From: Nymphaea colorata
Lineage: Eukaryota
DNA length: 64,000 bases
Direction: 5' to 3'
Assembly: GCF_008831285.2 (NCBI RefSeq)
Contig: NC_045138.2
Location: forward strand, 186,001 to 250,000
Position 1 is the stretch's first letter. Every line of letters starts with the position of its first letter. The notes under the pieces are model-generated. The model had not been told where the DNA came from and searched no databases. It saw only the letters and a list, made by a program, of their open reading frames with translations. Shown here in pieces: positions 26,450 through 39,099 of the stretch. Position numbers and translations under genes: made by a program.

Positions 26450-29400
26450 TCATGGTTTTGGTTTTGATACACTTTGAGAGGAAAGCACCACACTGATGTC
26501 CTGAGCTACGTTCTTGGCATCCTCAGCTATTCCATAGAACCCCTTCCTTGAAAAGCCAACACAGTAGAGGCCATTGTTGCCCTTCCACTGGCTTGGCCAG
26601 CCCTCTGCAGGGAAGCCACTTTCATCAAAGAAGCCATCATCATCCTGCACAGAGAGAATGAGGAGATAAGCCGACGAACATGGAGCGAGTATCTCGATCG
26701 AATTGCACCTACAAGTCGACGGGATTAAATAAAAAATGAGGAGATGTACATCTGATATGCAGTGCAATCCTATGAAGCTTATGCAGATTTTCTGAGAATT
26801 CTTATGTGGATGCGATCTCCAAGGTTTAAAACTTAGAAATGTGCTTGTATTAGATTATTTGTTGTAGGTGATCTAGAACTTATGAAATTCTTACTAGTAA
26901 AAATCATGTAAATAAGCCCAACCAAATCCAAGAATTCTCTGAAAGATGTAGCCGGCTAAAATCTTTTTTTTCATCTTTACGGGCGGGGGTAAAATGAAAA
27001 GGGAGGGAAAAAACTGTACGGGCGGGTGAAATTTCACCCGCCCGACGTAAAATGCATCAAACGGGGTGAAATTCACCCCGTTTAACATATAAGCGAGCGG
27101 GTGAAATTTCACCCGCTCGAAAGTCCGAGTTCGCAGCTCGGACTTTTGAGCGGGTGAAATTTCACCCGTTCGACCGCTTTCGATTTTTCACTCTCACGCC
27201 CCGAGCATGTGGTCGAGACTGGGGAGGGGTTTCTGCAGCAAAGCACAAATAAATGGAGGGTGAAGCAGGTGGTGTGGGAATAGCACGAAAGAATGGAGGG
27301 TGAAGAGCAGGTGGTGCGGGAAGAGCACGAAGGAATGGAGGGTGAAGCAGGTGGTGCGGGCAGAGCACGAAGGAAGTGACGCCGATTTCATATCCATCTT
27401 AGAAATCGGGGCTTTACTCTTCTCCGTGGCGCTGGATTCTTCCCATTGACACTGCCGATGGCCTACCATAATCAAGGCTTCTCAAATTTCCCCCAATTCA
27501 AAAACCCTAATCACCCTCAAATAGAAACTGCAAAGACTGCTGGAAAAAGCTCGACTCTATGCAGCCGACTCAGAAAACCCCCAAAATCTATGGTGGATTG
27601 AATGCTCCTGGCTTCACTTGATGTGGAGGATCCATGCAAAATCCCCCTACAGGACACAGTGGTGGGGCGAGAATTCGAGACCTTCATATCAAAAGATTAG
27701 AACACGCTGTGCAACGAAGAAGCAGCAGTGGGGTGAAGCAGTAGAGGATGAAAATGAGAAGGGGAAGACGAAGGGAGCCAGCAGAGGATGAAAATGAGAA
27801 GGGGAAAACGAAGGGAGCCAGCAGAGGATGAAGACGACAAGAGGAAGATGAAGGGAGCTCTAACGGGCAGAAAAGTGTTCCAAGGATTTCGATCACACCC
27901 CTCTTGGGTGATTTGATGAAATGCGATTATTGTCCCCAGATACTCCACCATCTGTTATTGTCCACAGAATGCGATGTGGGTGATTCAATACTCCACCATC
28001 TGCACGGGATAACTGGTAACGAACAGCTTGCTTGCAAGGTGTTCGATAAAATGCCCAAAAGAAGCATCGTCTCATGGAATGCCATGATTGATGGTTACTG
28101 CAAAGTTGGTGAGTTCAATGTGTTGCTTGGGATTTTTAATAGTCTGTTGATGGATGATTTGAAGCCCAATTTGAGCAGCTTAGTGAGCATTACAGCTGGT
28201 CAGTGTGGGTTTCCTGACATTGGCAGGTTGATTCATTGCCACAGGATGAAGCTTGGGCATGAGTTATCGTTGGGCATGAGTTGGATTCAGTATTATGTAA
28301 TTTCATTATGAAAATGTACATTGAGCTTGGGCTTGTAGATTGTGCTCACCTCCTATTCAATTAGAAAGATCAGTCGTTTCATGGATACTTTCATTGAAGG
28401 GTACACAAAGATTGGAAATTTTCATCAAGTTTTCTTGCTTTTTACCAGGTTAAATTTTTCCTGTGCATCAAACGAGATTAAATTTACCACGTTAAATTCT
28501 TCGTGTGCATCAAACAAAGCCTCATATTGGAACAAGGAGAAATTTCATCCTGTAAATTTTTCCAGAAAAATTTACCATGGTAAATTTACCATGTTAAATT
28601 TCACCCGACAATCAAACGGGCCCTAAAGAAGAAGATGAGGATATTCCGCAGTGGGCAATTGCCCACATAGACCAACACACACTTTACATTTATATATTGA
28701 AGCTTCATAGCCATTTTCTGATTCACATATTGCTGCTTCTTAGAAGGTTTGTGAATTTGCGAGATTCAGATTTAAGTAAGTTCAAGTGTTTTGCCACATC
28801 TATTCAGATCTAGTTCTGGATTGGACAATGTCCACAAACCAAATCTTCGCCAAGACAAAGAGATAATCATCATACCTTAAGCCAAGCCTTAACTGTGCTC
28901 TTGTACCCAGTTGCAAAGATTATTGCGTCGAACCGGCGAGTGGATCCATTTTCGAACTCCAGATCACTGCTCCGTATGCATTTCACTCCTGGATACACCT
29001 GCAAACAGATTAAAGATCCAGATTTGGTTACTGTTGTTGGTCGTGGATTTTAAGAGCAATTTGGACGTGGACAGATCCAAATCAAATGTTTGGTTTAAAA
29101 TAAATGCATATGAAATCCATTGTTCATTTAAACAGCAGACCTACGAATTCGGAGGGCCCAACACATACTTATTAAGACTCAGGGTTGCTGGGTCTGCTGC
29201 ATCGGGAGTAGCCCTAAAGCCAAACAACCCACTTTGCGTACCATCTTGCCATAATTGTGCCTCCAACTTTGACCTCTTGACCTTGCCGTGACTTGGTCAA
29301 AGTTGGCGCAGGTCAAGGTCCAGTTGACTTGACTTGACTAGGCTCGCAACGTCATGTTCTTGGTGAGATCTATCTTTGAACTTTAGAGAGAGAAACGAGA

Positions 29401-32237
29401 TTCTTTTTTGTTTTTATTTTGAAACTTGAACCCCCAAAATATCTTCGTGTAATTAACTTAATTAAGCACAACTTAGCTTTGCAAGTAGAGTTTATAGGCT
29501 AACCGGTGAAGGTCGGGTCATCCAACTATTGTGGGCACTATTCTTCTGCACTGCAAATCGTGGATCGTGATGCTTAGTTGGCACGAGCCCCACTCTTTGC
29601 CCCGGTTCCAAAGCAACCATGGACCCTCAAGGTAAAAGGGAAGGGAAGAACTTCAACCTGAGGTTACCTCCTCCTTCCTTCCCCTGTACTACAAAATACA
29701 AAATACCTCTGAGGAGTGTAGCATGACTATTTTGGGCTACTTACTCGTAGAGGGAAATTGATGCACCTTTTTTTGCAAATGAGGAAGTGATACACAAGGT
29801 GAAGGGTAATTGAAACTCTAACACAAATACCAACGGTCCAACATAGCCTTGGACCCTGGGAGGGCATGCACTCTTACTCGGGGCGAGCGGAAAGAAACTC
29901 CCATTCACCATAGTATAAAATTACTATTATTTATCCTTTAGAAAAATGAATTTTTATCAAAAAAATGATTTGGATATAATTAAACTTGAATTGATAATAC
30001 TATTTGGCAACATTAAATGGGCTATACTACAAATTAATGAGCACATACTTTTCTTATACCGAAACTATCTCAGGCACGTTGTCTTATTAATCCGGATAAC
30101 TTATTATGTAAGTTAGAGTAATGGTGCAAAACTTGGTCCTTTTTAACAATATCAAAAACTTAAGTGCGTTTTATGAAACCTTATAACCTATTATTTATTT
30201 CTTTCATAAAAGATGCCTTTGCTAATACTTTCACAGGACCCAAATGTAACTTCTTTGCTTACATTATATTATTATTAATAAGAGAATTAAAGAAATGTAA
30301 GCAAAACCAAAACTTAGTTGGGAATCTCCTTACATTGGCCAATAATTCTGATGAAAATGACGTCTTATCTCGCATTTGCCAGCAACCGTGGTTATCTCGA
30401 ACGTTCGCTTTCCGAGACAGTCAAGAAATTGGACAAACTTGCACTAAAACCAAGTACTTGAGATCCGCGGAATCCCGTGTGGGGCTTGTTTGTCTTGTAC
30501 AAATAGATGACCAAAACCCCAATATCCTCATTCCCTTTGTTTCATTGCATGGCATGAAGACTTGGCATCCGGCCGATCCAGCCCGGCCTTGTAAGAGTGG
30601 GGTTCGGGCTGGCTCGATGTCTGAAACTCAAGTTCAGACTCGAGCCCCATGATCGAAACTCGAGTCGGCTTGGTTACTTAATTCTTTTTTAAATATAAAA
30701 TAAATTTTAATATAAAATATATATTATTAATAAAATAAAAATAATATTTAAATGTCATCAAGCCAAAACGAGTCGCATCGAACCGACTTGGGCCGGATAC
30801 TACCCGGCCCAATGCCCAAGTCTAATAGTATGTTACTCAATTATCAGTTCTAAATTAATAGCACGTTTATCTTGTTGAAGTTTTGATTGCGTGATCTCAC
30901 GTCTTTGGCTTATTTGAGTAACATGATTCGAAAAGTACTGATTTGAAATGCCCTACTTGTTTAATTCGTGATCTTTTTTAGTAAGTTAAAAGTTTTTTGG
31001 CCAGTAATAATAATTCATAGTAAAAGAATTTTAAGCAATTAGAAAGAACTTAGACCCTTCAAATGCACAATAAAATAGTGTAGTTGGGGTTTGACGCAAC
31101 CATGGGATGGAAGCTGTAGTAGCCAGTCTCTATTATTCTAAGCTCATGTGACATCAATTTTCTATATTATAAAAGTAGAGAGGGGCTCATTAATATGTAA
31201 GTTGAGAGCCAGGGGCCAAGCCAAGGTAGGACCCAAGGCTATGACCCTACCTCAAAAAAAAGTTAAAAAACATTACATATATAAATTTTAAAAAAAATTT
31301 ACTTGTTTTATATAAAATTTTGAAAAATGATATTTCAGCTCCTATAAAAGTTAAAAAAAAATAATTCACCCCCCATAAAAATTTCTGTCTTTGCCCCTGA
31401 TGGAGACATCACTAGAAAACACCCAAAGCTGACTAAGCACATTTGGAAATGGAGGAAAAGGTAAAGGGTTTTGGCTACCAGCGATGAAATATTTTTTTTT
31501 TGGAACGAAATAAATAAATTGTACGGGTCCGTGTAGACAACTACCCAGATGACCCCCCACTGGGCTCGGTCAACGCTTTCAAGTGTACATCTGATCTCAT
31601 AGACACGAAGAAGAAAGAAAGAAAGGTAGATCATAGAGCATTAGAGATTGAGACCAGAGATCGATTAACCTGAATGTCGCCGGACTTGATCTTATCGAAG
31701 GTGCCGATATCTACGACCGGATACTTGCCGGTGGTGTCCTTGAGATGGTTCGGCCCCTCCGTGGGTCTAACTATCCCATACTTTGCGGTGTCGCCATACT
31801 TGAGCTTGCTGTGGAGCACTTGAAGGGAATCCACAGTTGAGTAGGGCAGGTACTTGAACAAATGCAGCCCCAGGTTGGCCACCTCTCTTGTAATGATATG
31901 AACCTGAGGGAGACAGGGAATTATAGTAAACAAACTAAGCACTTGAAGGGCGTTTGATGGCCTTCTGAAAAGGTTTCTCAGAATTGATTTTCTTGCAACT
32001 TTAAGGGGGCGTTTGATATATCCAGAATCAAGGAATTTTAATTCAATTAAAATGCTCGCTTGTTAAGAAACTTGAATTGTTCGACAAACATGGTATTTTG
32101 TTTCCAAATCATGAAGCTAAAACCTCAAATTTTGAATCTATTCCAGTTTCTAAAAATTTTCATTCTTGAATCAAAATCCCAAACCATCAAATATCCTTAA
32201 AGATGAACTAATAACATTTGGAATCATTCTAAAATAT

Positions 32238-32271
<34 letters not shown>

Positions 32272-33762
32272 GTCCTTGCAAAAAGTACTTTTCAAAATAA
32301 AGTTTGTAGCTAGAAAAAGCATGAAAAGGTTGCAGTAGTGACGTCCTTTATTGCCATTATTAGTCAACTTGGATGTATAGATTCAATTTCTGACAAAAAA
32401 TTCATTGTTACAAAAAATATGTCAGAAACAGTTCTAGACTCTGAAACACTACGTGACTCTAACCCTTGGAAGAGAGCCATACACGTGTTTGGCCGGAACA
32501 TTTGGCCGGAACATGCAACCAAGTTAAAAATCCGGCGACTCAGCCGAGCTATTTGTGAATCAATGAAAATAGTTATTAATTATTTTGAAAAGAATAGGTG
32601 CACTAAATATATAACATAATTAGGAAGATAAAAACCTTAAAAATTAAATTTTCAGAAAAATTTGACGTCAATCTAAAGGCCCCCTTTGAGTAGTGCCAAA
32701 AAATTTTCTTCACACTCCTACTTTGCTTAAGAGTGTGTGTCACGCAACAGCACTATGAAAGAGAAAGCGTCCGCAATAAAAGCTTAATTTATGAACGTCA
32801 GACATCATAGACGGATACACGCGCATTTAGAGAGAGAGAAAACAATATATATATATATATATATAAAAGAGAGAGAGAAAGAGAAAGAGAAATATGGTAA
32901 AGGAAATTGGAAAGAGAGAAGAAGTGGAGAAGCCCAAAAAACTAAAAGGAAAGCAGTTTTAAGAGAGAGAAAGGGAGTGAACCCTCCTCGGAAAAGTATG
33001 CAGGTTAGACCAGCAGAGGGGAAAACAGGAAAAAAAAACGAGAGGATTACGAAAAGGAACGAAAGCGGGAACCAAACCAGAGAATCAGCCGGAAAAATGA
33101 AAAAGGCAAAGAGAGAAAGAGAGAGAGAGAGCAAGCTGGAACGGTATTGGTACCGGGGCGCGAACGACGAGCGACGCTCTGGCATGGTGATTACAGAGAT
33201 CGAGGGCAATCTCCATGCCGGAGTTTCCCGACCCAACGACCAGAACATCTTGGTCCTTGTACGGCACACCGTTCTTATACTGGCTAGAATGCATCACCTC
33301 TCCCGGGAACCCGTCGAGACCGGGCACGTCCGGAACATACCCTTCACTGTTCTCTCCGGTGGCCACCACAAGGAACCTGGCCCGGTACTCCTCGGCCTCG
33401 CCCGTCCGGGTATGCTTTGCCCGGACGGTCCACGCGCCGGCAGCCCGGTCATAAACCGCGGTCTCGACGCACCGGTCGTAGACAGGCCGGAGATCGAACT
33501 GCTGGACGTAGGCGTCGATGTACTTGACGAATTCGTCTTTGGAGAGGTACGTCGGCGCGGTCTTCGGGTAGGGCAGGTGCGGCAACTCGCAGAAAGTCTT
33601 GGCGAGGTGGAGGTGGAGGCGGTCGTAGGAGTACTTCCGCCACAGCGGCACCGAGCAGTCGTCCTTCTCCAGGATGAGGTTGTCGATGGAGAGCTTGTTG
33701 AGGCATGCCGATGCAGAGAGACCCGCTGCACCAGCACCCACTATGATCACCTCCTTCCACAT
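26450..33762 (-). CDS. YUC: YUCCA flavin monooxygenase (indole-3-pyruvate monooxygenase family), YUC10/11 type, 386 aa
   Basis: Exons 33762-33154, 31903-31670, 28998-28876 and 26644-26450, all phase 0 with GT-AG boundaries. Motifs: GAGAAG (FAD), YDRLHLHL, ATGENS, FPGEVMHSSQY (FMO signature FxGxxxHxxxY), GSGNSGMEI (NADPH), GKYPVVDIG, FATGYKS, WKGNNGLYCVGF. Confidence 0.96.
27251..27372. repeat. Three tandem ~40-bp repeats
   Basis: AATGGAGGGTGAAG(A)GCAGGTGGTG(C/T)GGG..AGCACGAA x3. A second ~40-bp tandem, GAGGATGAAAATGAGAAGGGGAA.ACGAAGGGAGCCAGCA x2, lies at 27744-27825. Confidence 0.85.
27960..28450 (+). pseudogene. PLS-class PPR gene fragment
   Basis: ACKVFDKMPKRSIVSWNAMIDGYCKVGEF..LKPNLSSLVSI..IGRLIHCHRMKLG, then after a stop and frameshift FIEGYTKIGNFHQVFLLF. 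These are typical PLS-PPR repeat motifs, truncated at both ends. Confidence 0.85.
32005..32197. mobile_element. Tourist-like MITE in YUCCA intron 1
   Basis: TAA-GGGGGCGTTTGAT...ATCAAATATCCT-TAA: imperfect TIRs with a TAA target duplication. Confidence 0.6.
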
Positions 33763-33825
33763 CCTCTCTTCTTCTTCCCGATTTTGAGATCGAGCTTGCT
33801 CCTCTGGTTGGCAATGGCATCATCA

Positions 33826-33833
33826 TTTATATA
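33826..33833 (-). promoter_or_regulatory. TATA box of the YUCCA gene
   Basis: TATATAAA on the minus strand about 65 bp upstream of the ATG. CTATAAAT sits at the homologous position in the duplicated promoter near 49325. Confidence 0.6.
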
Positions 33834-34414
33834 GATGTGGAGGGAGGAGACACCTAACTTTCTCAACCATCATGGTGGACTCATCTGGGGAGTCATTATT
33901 CCATTTTAAATGATAGTTCCTTCCTTCGGTTAATTAAATTTAATTCTCTTTCATACTTTTTCCTTCTGAGATCAAAGGCTATTAGTATCCCACGATTTGA
34001 AACGTGTTTTTTATGATCAAATGGGAAACTGCAGTAAAACCAAAATTAGACGATAAGCTGTTGCCGAAATTCACAAACGTCGGCAGAAAAACAAACAGAA
34101 GGAGAAGAAAAGAAAAGAAACAGTGAAGCTAGACCTTTCCCCCTTTGACTGTAAATCCATTAATTTGAAAGCTAATGGCCATTAACATACATGCATATTA
34201 TATATATAAAGTCAAGGTCTTCCCCTTCCTTTAAGCATGGTTTATTTTCTCAAAGAGAAAAAAAAAAAACAGAAAAATGGTTCTGAAAACTATTAAAAAA
34301 GGCTTTTTATTTGATGATCCAGGGCATAGGCTTTCCTGTTACGTTTCCAAGAGTTGACGCCCGTCGAAAGTGGAAACCTATTATTAAAGTTACAACATTC
34401 GGCTAACTTAGCGT

Positions 34415-34457
<43 letters not shown>

Positions 34458-34743
34458 TGGAAACCTATTATTAAAGTTAGAACATTAGGCTAACGTACCG
34501 TTGGTTATATATATATATACTCCTCAAATACACAGTAAGATGTTTGAGGAATACGACTTAATAAACAGTTTTTTTGATCTGGGAGCAATTTTTCTAAAGG
34601 CCAAGTTCCTCGGCAACTGTACTTTGGTGCAGATATTTTGTTAATACAGAGAAACATGGAAGTACAGACATAAATGAAGCTGCGAGGCCATGTGGTTTAA
34701 GTACTTAATGTTTCTGACAAGTTGCGGTTTTCACATTCAGAGT

Positions 34744-34779
<36 letters not shown>

Positions 34780-35339
34780 CCAAAAACAGTGGATATGTGG
34801 TAGCAATTTTCCACAAGGCTATGAAAACGTGGAAGTACAGAGATACATGAGAAGAGGCCATGTGGTTGAAGCACTTAATGTTTCTGACATGTTGCAGTTT
34901 TCACAATCAGAGTAAAAAAAAAAAAAAACTCTAAGAAGAAATTCATAAGTGGCGTTACTGTTTCCTTCTTCCAACATGAAATCTGGATCTTATTGTATCG
35001 GAAGTGATTTGTGTAAGTTTGGATTGTGCAGCATCAGGCATTTCACTAAGTAATATCTTCGCAAATAATCTGCATCGTACACGATATAGGCTGAGGCCCA
35101 CACCGTGGTACAACATGTGCTCCATGTTTTCAGCTGTCGGGAGTCCTTTTCAGGTTTCAATATAGATCAGATTCAGTTGAACCAAGTTGACCCGGTCCAA
35201 ATTTAGTAAGGTCTTGAATTCAAAAACCAAATTTAGTTCAAAACAAGATCTGACGCAAATTTTCAGTGGCATCATCCCATGTGCTTCATGCAATTCACTT
35301 ACCTTTCTTGTTCCGACTACACATATTTAAGACTGAGTA

Positions 35340-35847
35340 GTGAATAGGGCTTACTCGAAAAACTCGGCTTCTGCTCGATCGTTTATAAACGAACCGAGTT
35401 CGAGCTTACAAAGTTGCTTAAAACGTCGAATCCAAGTTTTTAGGAACCCGACTCGTTTATACTCGACTCAACTCGCAAACCGGTATTCTGTATAATATTG
35501 TCAAAACTGGTTCTACAAATTACAAGAATTAATGCTTACACACGAGTTAAACGAGTTAATGCTTACATGAGCTAACGTCTAAACGAGTTAAGTGGGTTAA
35601 ACAAGTTGACTTCAAGATCGATTTTGTGTAGTCGAGTCGAGCTCTATCTTGCTATAAGGAGCTCGAATTGAGTTTGAGCCGAGCTCAAGTTTGCTATAAG
35701 GATCTCGAATCTAGTTCGAGCTGAGCTCGAGCTTGCTATAAGGAGCTCGAATCAAGTTCGAGCCAAGCTTGAGCTCTACTTTTTTGAGCCGAGTCGAGAT
35801 CGAGCTGTCCAAATTCGGGCTCCACTCGGCTCATGTGCAGGCTTAGA
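35340..35847. mobile_element. MITE remnant with (CTCGA/TCGAG)n subterminal repeats
   Basis: Dense GAGCTCGAG/CCGAG motifs and three internal copies of TTGCTATAAGGA.CTCGAAT. Related copies at about 37400-37656 and 53900-54302. Boundaries are approximate. Confidence 0.55.
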
Positions 35848-36717
35848 GATGAATCCTTCTATTTCGGATGGGGATGCAAATGGTATGGAAATGGGTTCAT
35901 TTTATTATCAAACCATTTCGACTCTAGCCACTGTAAGCCCCAAGTCTGGATCGGGTCCAATGTTTGTGGTTTTGGTTTTCATTGGTTGAGACAACTTTCG
36001 GGAGATCCGGCTTCTCGCATGTTTGGATTATTCTAACCCGAATTGCTTGATTCTTGGACCCGGTTTGTGGAGTCCCGGGTTTAGATATTTCCCTTGCTTT
36101 TGTCTTTATCTCGAGTGTCTCAGATTTCCATTTCACACTTGTGGACCCTGGAAAGAGGCAAGAGATTTTTAACTAAGAGAACCATTTGTTTTTCTCTCAA
36201 CCATTCAATTCAATTCGTCCATTGAGTAACTTTAATAGCTACGGTCACCATTCAAAATGTATTATATAAATATATAGATGCACCGACGCACGTGAATACT
36301 TGACTATGTCACATAAATATACGTATACGTAATAAATATTTGAGAAAAAGATGCGGAGAAAGCGAGAACCCAATGATATTAGTGTCAACGATAGTTGTTA
36401 AATGAATAGTCACGGTTCGACTTTTTTTATAAATATTTCTTTCAAACAAGTTGCTTATAATATATTCCAACCGCGTTTGTTAGGCAGGCAGTCGTGGATC
36501 TCGTGGCTCGAATTTTATAAATATATTTTTCTGAAAATTTTATGCTAAAGTTTGAAGCATTATATGTTTCATTTGTTGAAGAAATCCATAAACAATTGGG
36601 CATGGACTTTTCATAGATACAACTTATTGTATTGAAATGTTTAGGTTATTGAAACTTGAATGGGCGTTTCTCTATTCCAGGTCAACTTTTTCGGGAGTTT
36701 CTCTTTCTAAAGTCAAG

Positions 36718-36950
36718 CTTTTTTTTTTGTTCTGTTTTTTTAAGGGTGAGTGGTTCATTCCACCGCCCCTAAAAGAGGCACTGGCCCCTTATGCCCACCT
36801 ACTGGGTTTTCACAGAGTATGCTTCGGATTCTTTTACGAACCAAAGGTAGAGCACACTAGGATGTGACAGCGACCACTTCAAGGCTCGAACCTGAGTCGT
36901 TAGAAGAGCTGGACCACATTGCCGCTCAGTACGGTACCACCCCTTGGGAT
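36718..36950 (-). mobile_element. tRNA-derived SINE
   Basis: On the minus strand: degenerate A-box near the 5' end, B-box GGTTCGAGCC (36892-36883), A-rich tail (T tract 36719-36741) and 8-bp TSD AAGTCAAG (36710-36717, 36951-36958). Confidence 0.75.
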
Positions 36951-37863
36951 AAGTCAAGATTCACACATGCATACCTAGCTAGCTTTTACAAGCTTTACGT
37001 AAATTCATGGTTTAATTACTTTTAGTTTACCTATTGTAAGCCCAGTGCCGTTGTTTGAATTGATCGATTTGAATGAAATTAGTGGCAAATTTATTCGTCT
37101 CAATGGCCAATTTGAGAATATCATGTGTTCATTTTTTTCACTGTGGTGTAAGGATACTTTATAGTTTTTTTTTTTTTTAAATTCTTGATAGTTTAAAGAT
37201 ATACTGTGGGCCAATGCAAGCCCCATCCAAATAAACATTAAAAAGATGATTTTTAATTATACTTCTAGTAATTTTTTTCATTTATATTTTTTGAAAATTA
37301 TTTTATTCGGTGGATTTCAGACTGACTCATCAGAATATGTGGATTGGCCGATTTGGCTAAAAACTAATTTTCAGGACATTGCTGAGCACTTTCGAGGCTT
37401 AAGCTGCAAATCCTGGAGCCCTAAAGCTCGACCACGAAATGCCAAACGAGTTGTTTAAACTCAGATGGACTCGATTTAACTACACAATCAATATTGAATT
37501 ATAACGAAGAAATAATTAAATAAGTAGCAAGTAAACGAGTTAAGTGAGTTCGACCTCGACCTTTTTCTGTCGAGCTCGACTTGAGTTTGAACTGAGTTTT
37601 TGGAGTCAAGTCAAGCTAGCCCAACTCGAGCTTGACTCGGCTAGTGTGCAGCCCTAAGTCTTCCCTAGTCTTCCTGAAGCACTCTACCTTTCTCATTCTC
37701 TCTAGTTTACCTACGCTACGATCGGCGTAGTCTTTGAAATCCACTCAGCATTCGCAGATTCTCATGGGCTTATCGTATTATGAGTGCTCGCCTACCTGGT
37801 GTCTGCTCAACCTCTCTCTGCCCCTCTCTGACCTCTCTTTAGTCACTAGTCCATTGTTCATTG

Positions 37864-38044
37864 CAGGGGCCGAGCCAACCTAGGGCTCCTCGCCTGACCT
37901 CAATTTTTTTTAAATTTATATGTAAATTTTAGAAAATTCCAGTTGTTCTATATAAAAATTTTGACAAATGATATTTTGACCTTAATCAAAATTTAGAAAC
38001 TTTAATTCAATATCTCACATGAAAAATTTCTGGTTCCGCCCCTA
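37864..38044. mobile_element. hAT MITE, CAGGGGCGG family
   Basis: TIRs CAGGGGCCG...CCGCCCCTA and TSD gttcattg/tttcattg (7/8). Same internal sequence as copies at 31210-31399, 47587-47758, 51207-51380, 55689-55839, about 56775-56956, 60363-60552 and a partial copy at about 195-340. Confidence 0.85.
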
Positions 38045-39099
38045 TTTCATTGGACCACCTCGCCTGCTGCCGCTTCTTTTTCTCGGTTTCTCATGGCTCA
38101 CGATTTCTGGGTCTCTCTCCCTCTTTCTTGTTTATCACGGTACCTTGCACCTACCTAACAGATATGGCACGTCCCTCCGGCGCCCTCCGATATTTGTAGG
38201 AGGCCTCCGGCCAACCAGCTTTAGTTAATTTCAAACAGGTGATGTATCACGACTGTAGCTACTTAATTTTCTTTATTTTATTATGTTTTTCTTTGTTGTA
38301 TTATATATGTAGATCTCAACTACTTAATTTTCTTTTCTTCATGATGTATATCTCAGTTCTTATTTAATTATGGTTTCTATACGAAAACTACGCATTTATA
38401 GTTGTAATTTTTTAATGTTTAGTTGGCAGGATGCTTCGATGCTTCAGCCTTCATTATGGTTTCTCTGCAACTTGAGAAAACTATGCATTTCTAATTGTCA
38501 TGTTGTAGAATGGTTACAGTTCTTTAATGTTTATTGAAAGGATGTTTAGATGCCTCTTCATGTTGCTCAATAACCCATGGTATATTTTGGGGAATGGAAA
38601 GTGAGAATGGACTCGGAACTTGCATGTTCAAAGAAGAAAAACTGCATTATATGTAAAACCATCCAATTAAAAGTTTTTTGGAATTAATGGAACTTTAAGT
38701 TGTAGCAGATGCGAGCTTCTAATGGGGTTTGGGAACCCCAATCCATTAAGGACACATATTAATCATTTGAATTGGTGCTTAACTAATTTGACTCCAATTT
38801 AAAAGTTCATGTAACTCTTGTTTGAATGATTTTATCTAGTGCCTAATATTGCTAAGAAAGAAAATGCTTTAGAAATTTACTAGTAGTATGTAGAAATATA
38901 AATGTTGTCACATGTATACAACATTAGTAACAACAATATAGGTTATTATTAAATATTATGTCATTATCATATATTTCTTTGAATTCTAAAGTTCATTATC
39001 TCAATTCTTAATGTTTTGTGAATTGATGTTGTGTTTTAATATATTGGCATAGTCAATTATGTATTCTTGTTAAAGTGATAAAGAATATTGTCCAACTCA

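Larger units (their letters stand above)
26890..28623. mobile_element. PIF/Harbinger-type non-autonomous element in YUCCA intron 3 (left end not found)
   Basis: Right end CAAACGGGCCC followed by TAA (28613-28626), matching a Tourist/PIF TIR plus TAA target. GTGAAATTTCAC/GTAAATTTAC palindromes and TGCATCAAAC motifs recur at both 27020-27170 and 28445-28610. The left boundary is approximate. Confidence 0.55.

Noticed and set aside
27019..27372. Palindromic and spaced repeats superficially like a CRISPR array
   Set aside because: Eukaryotic intron context, no regular unique spacers and no cas genes. Better explained as transposon subterminal repeats.
29121..29907. Possible solo LTR in YUCCA intron 2 (TG...CA, CCAT on both sides)
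   Set aside because: Only a 4-bp flank match and poor terminal inverted repeats, so not enough support.
32791..33834. 347-aa plus-strand ORF
   Set aside because: Antisense shadow of the GC3-rich YUCCA exon 1 extended by GA-rich intron sequence. No independent protein features.
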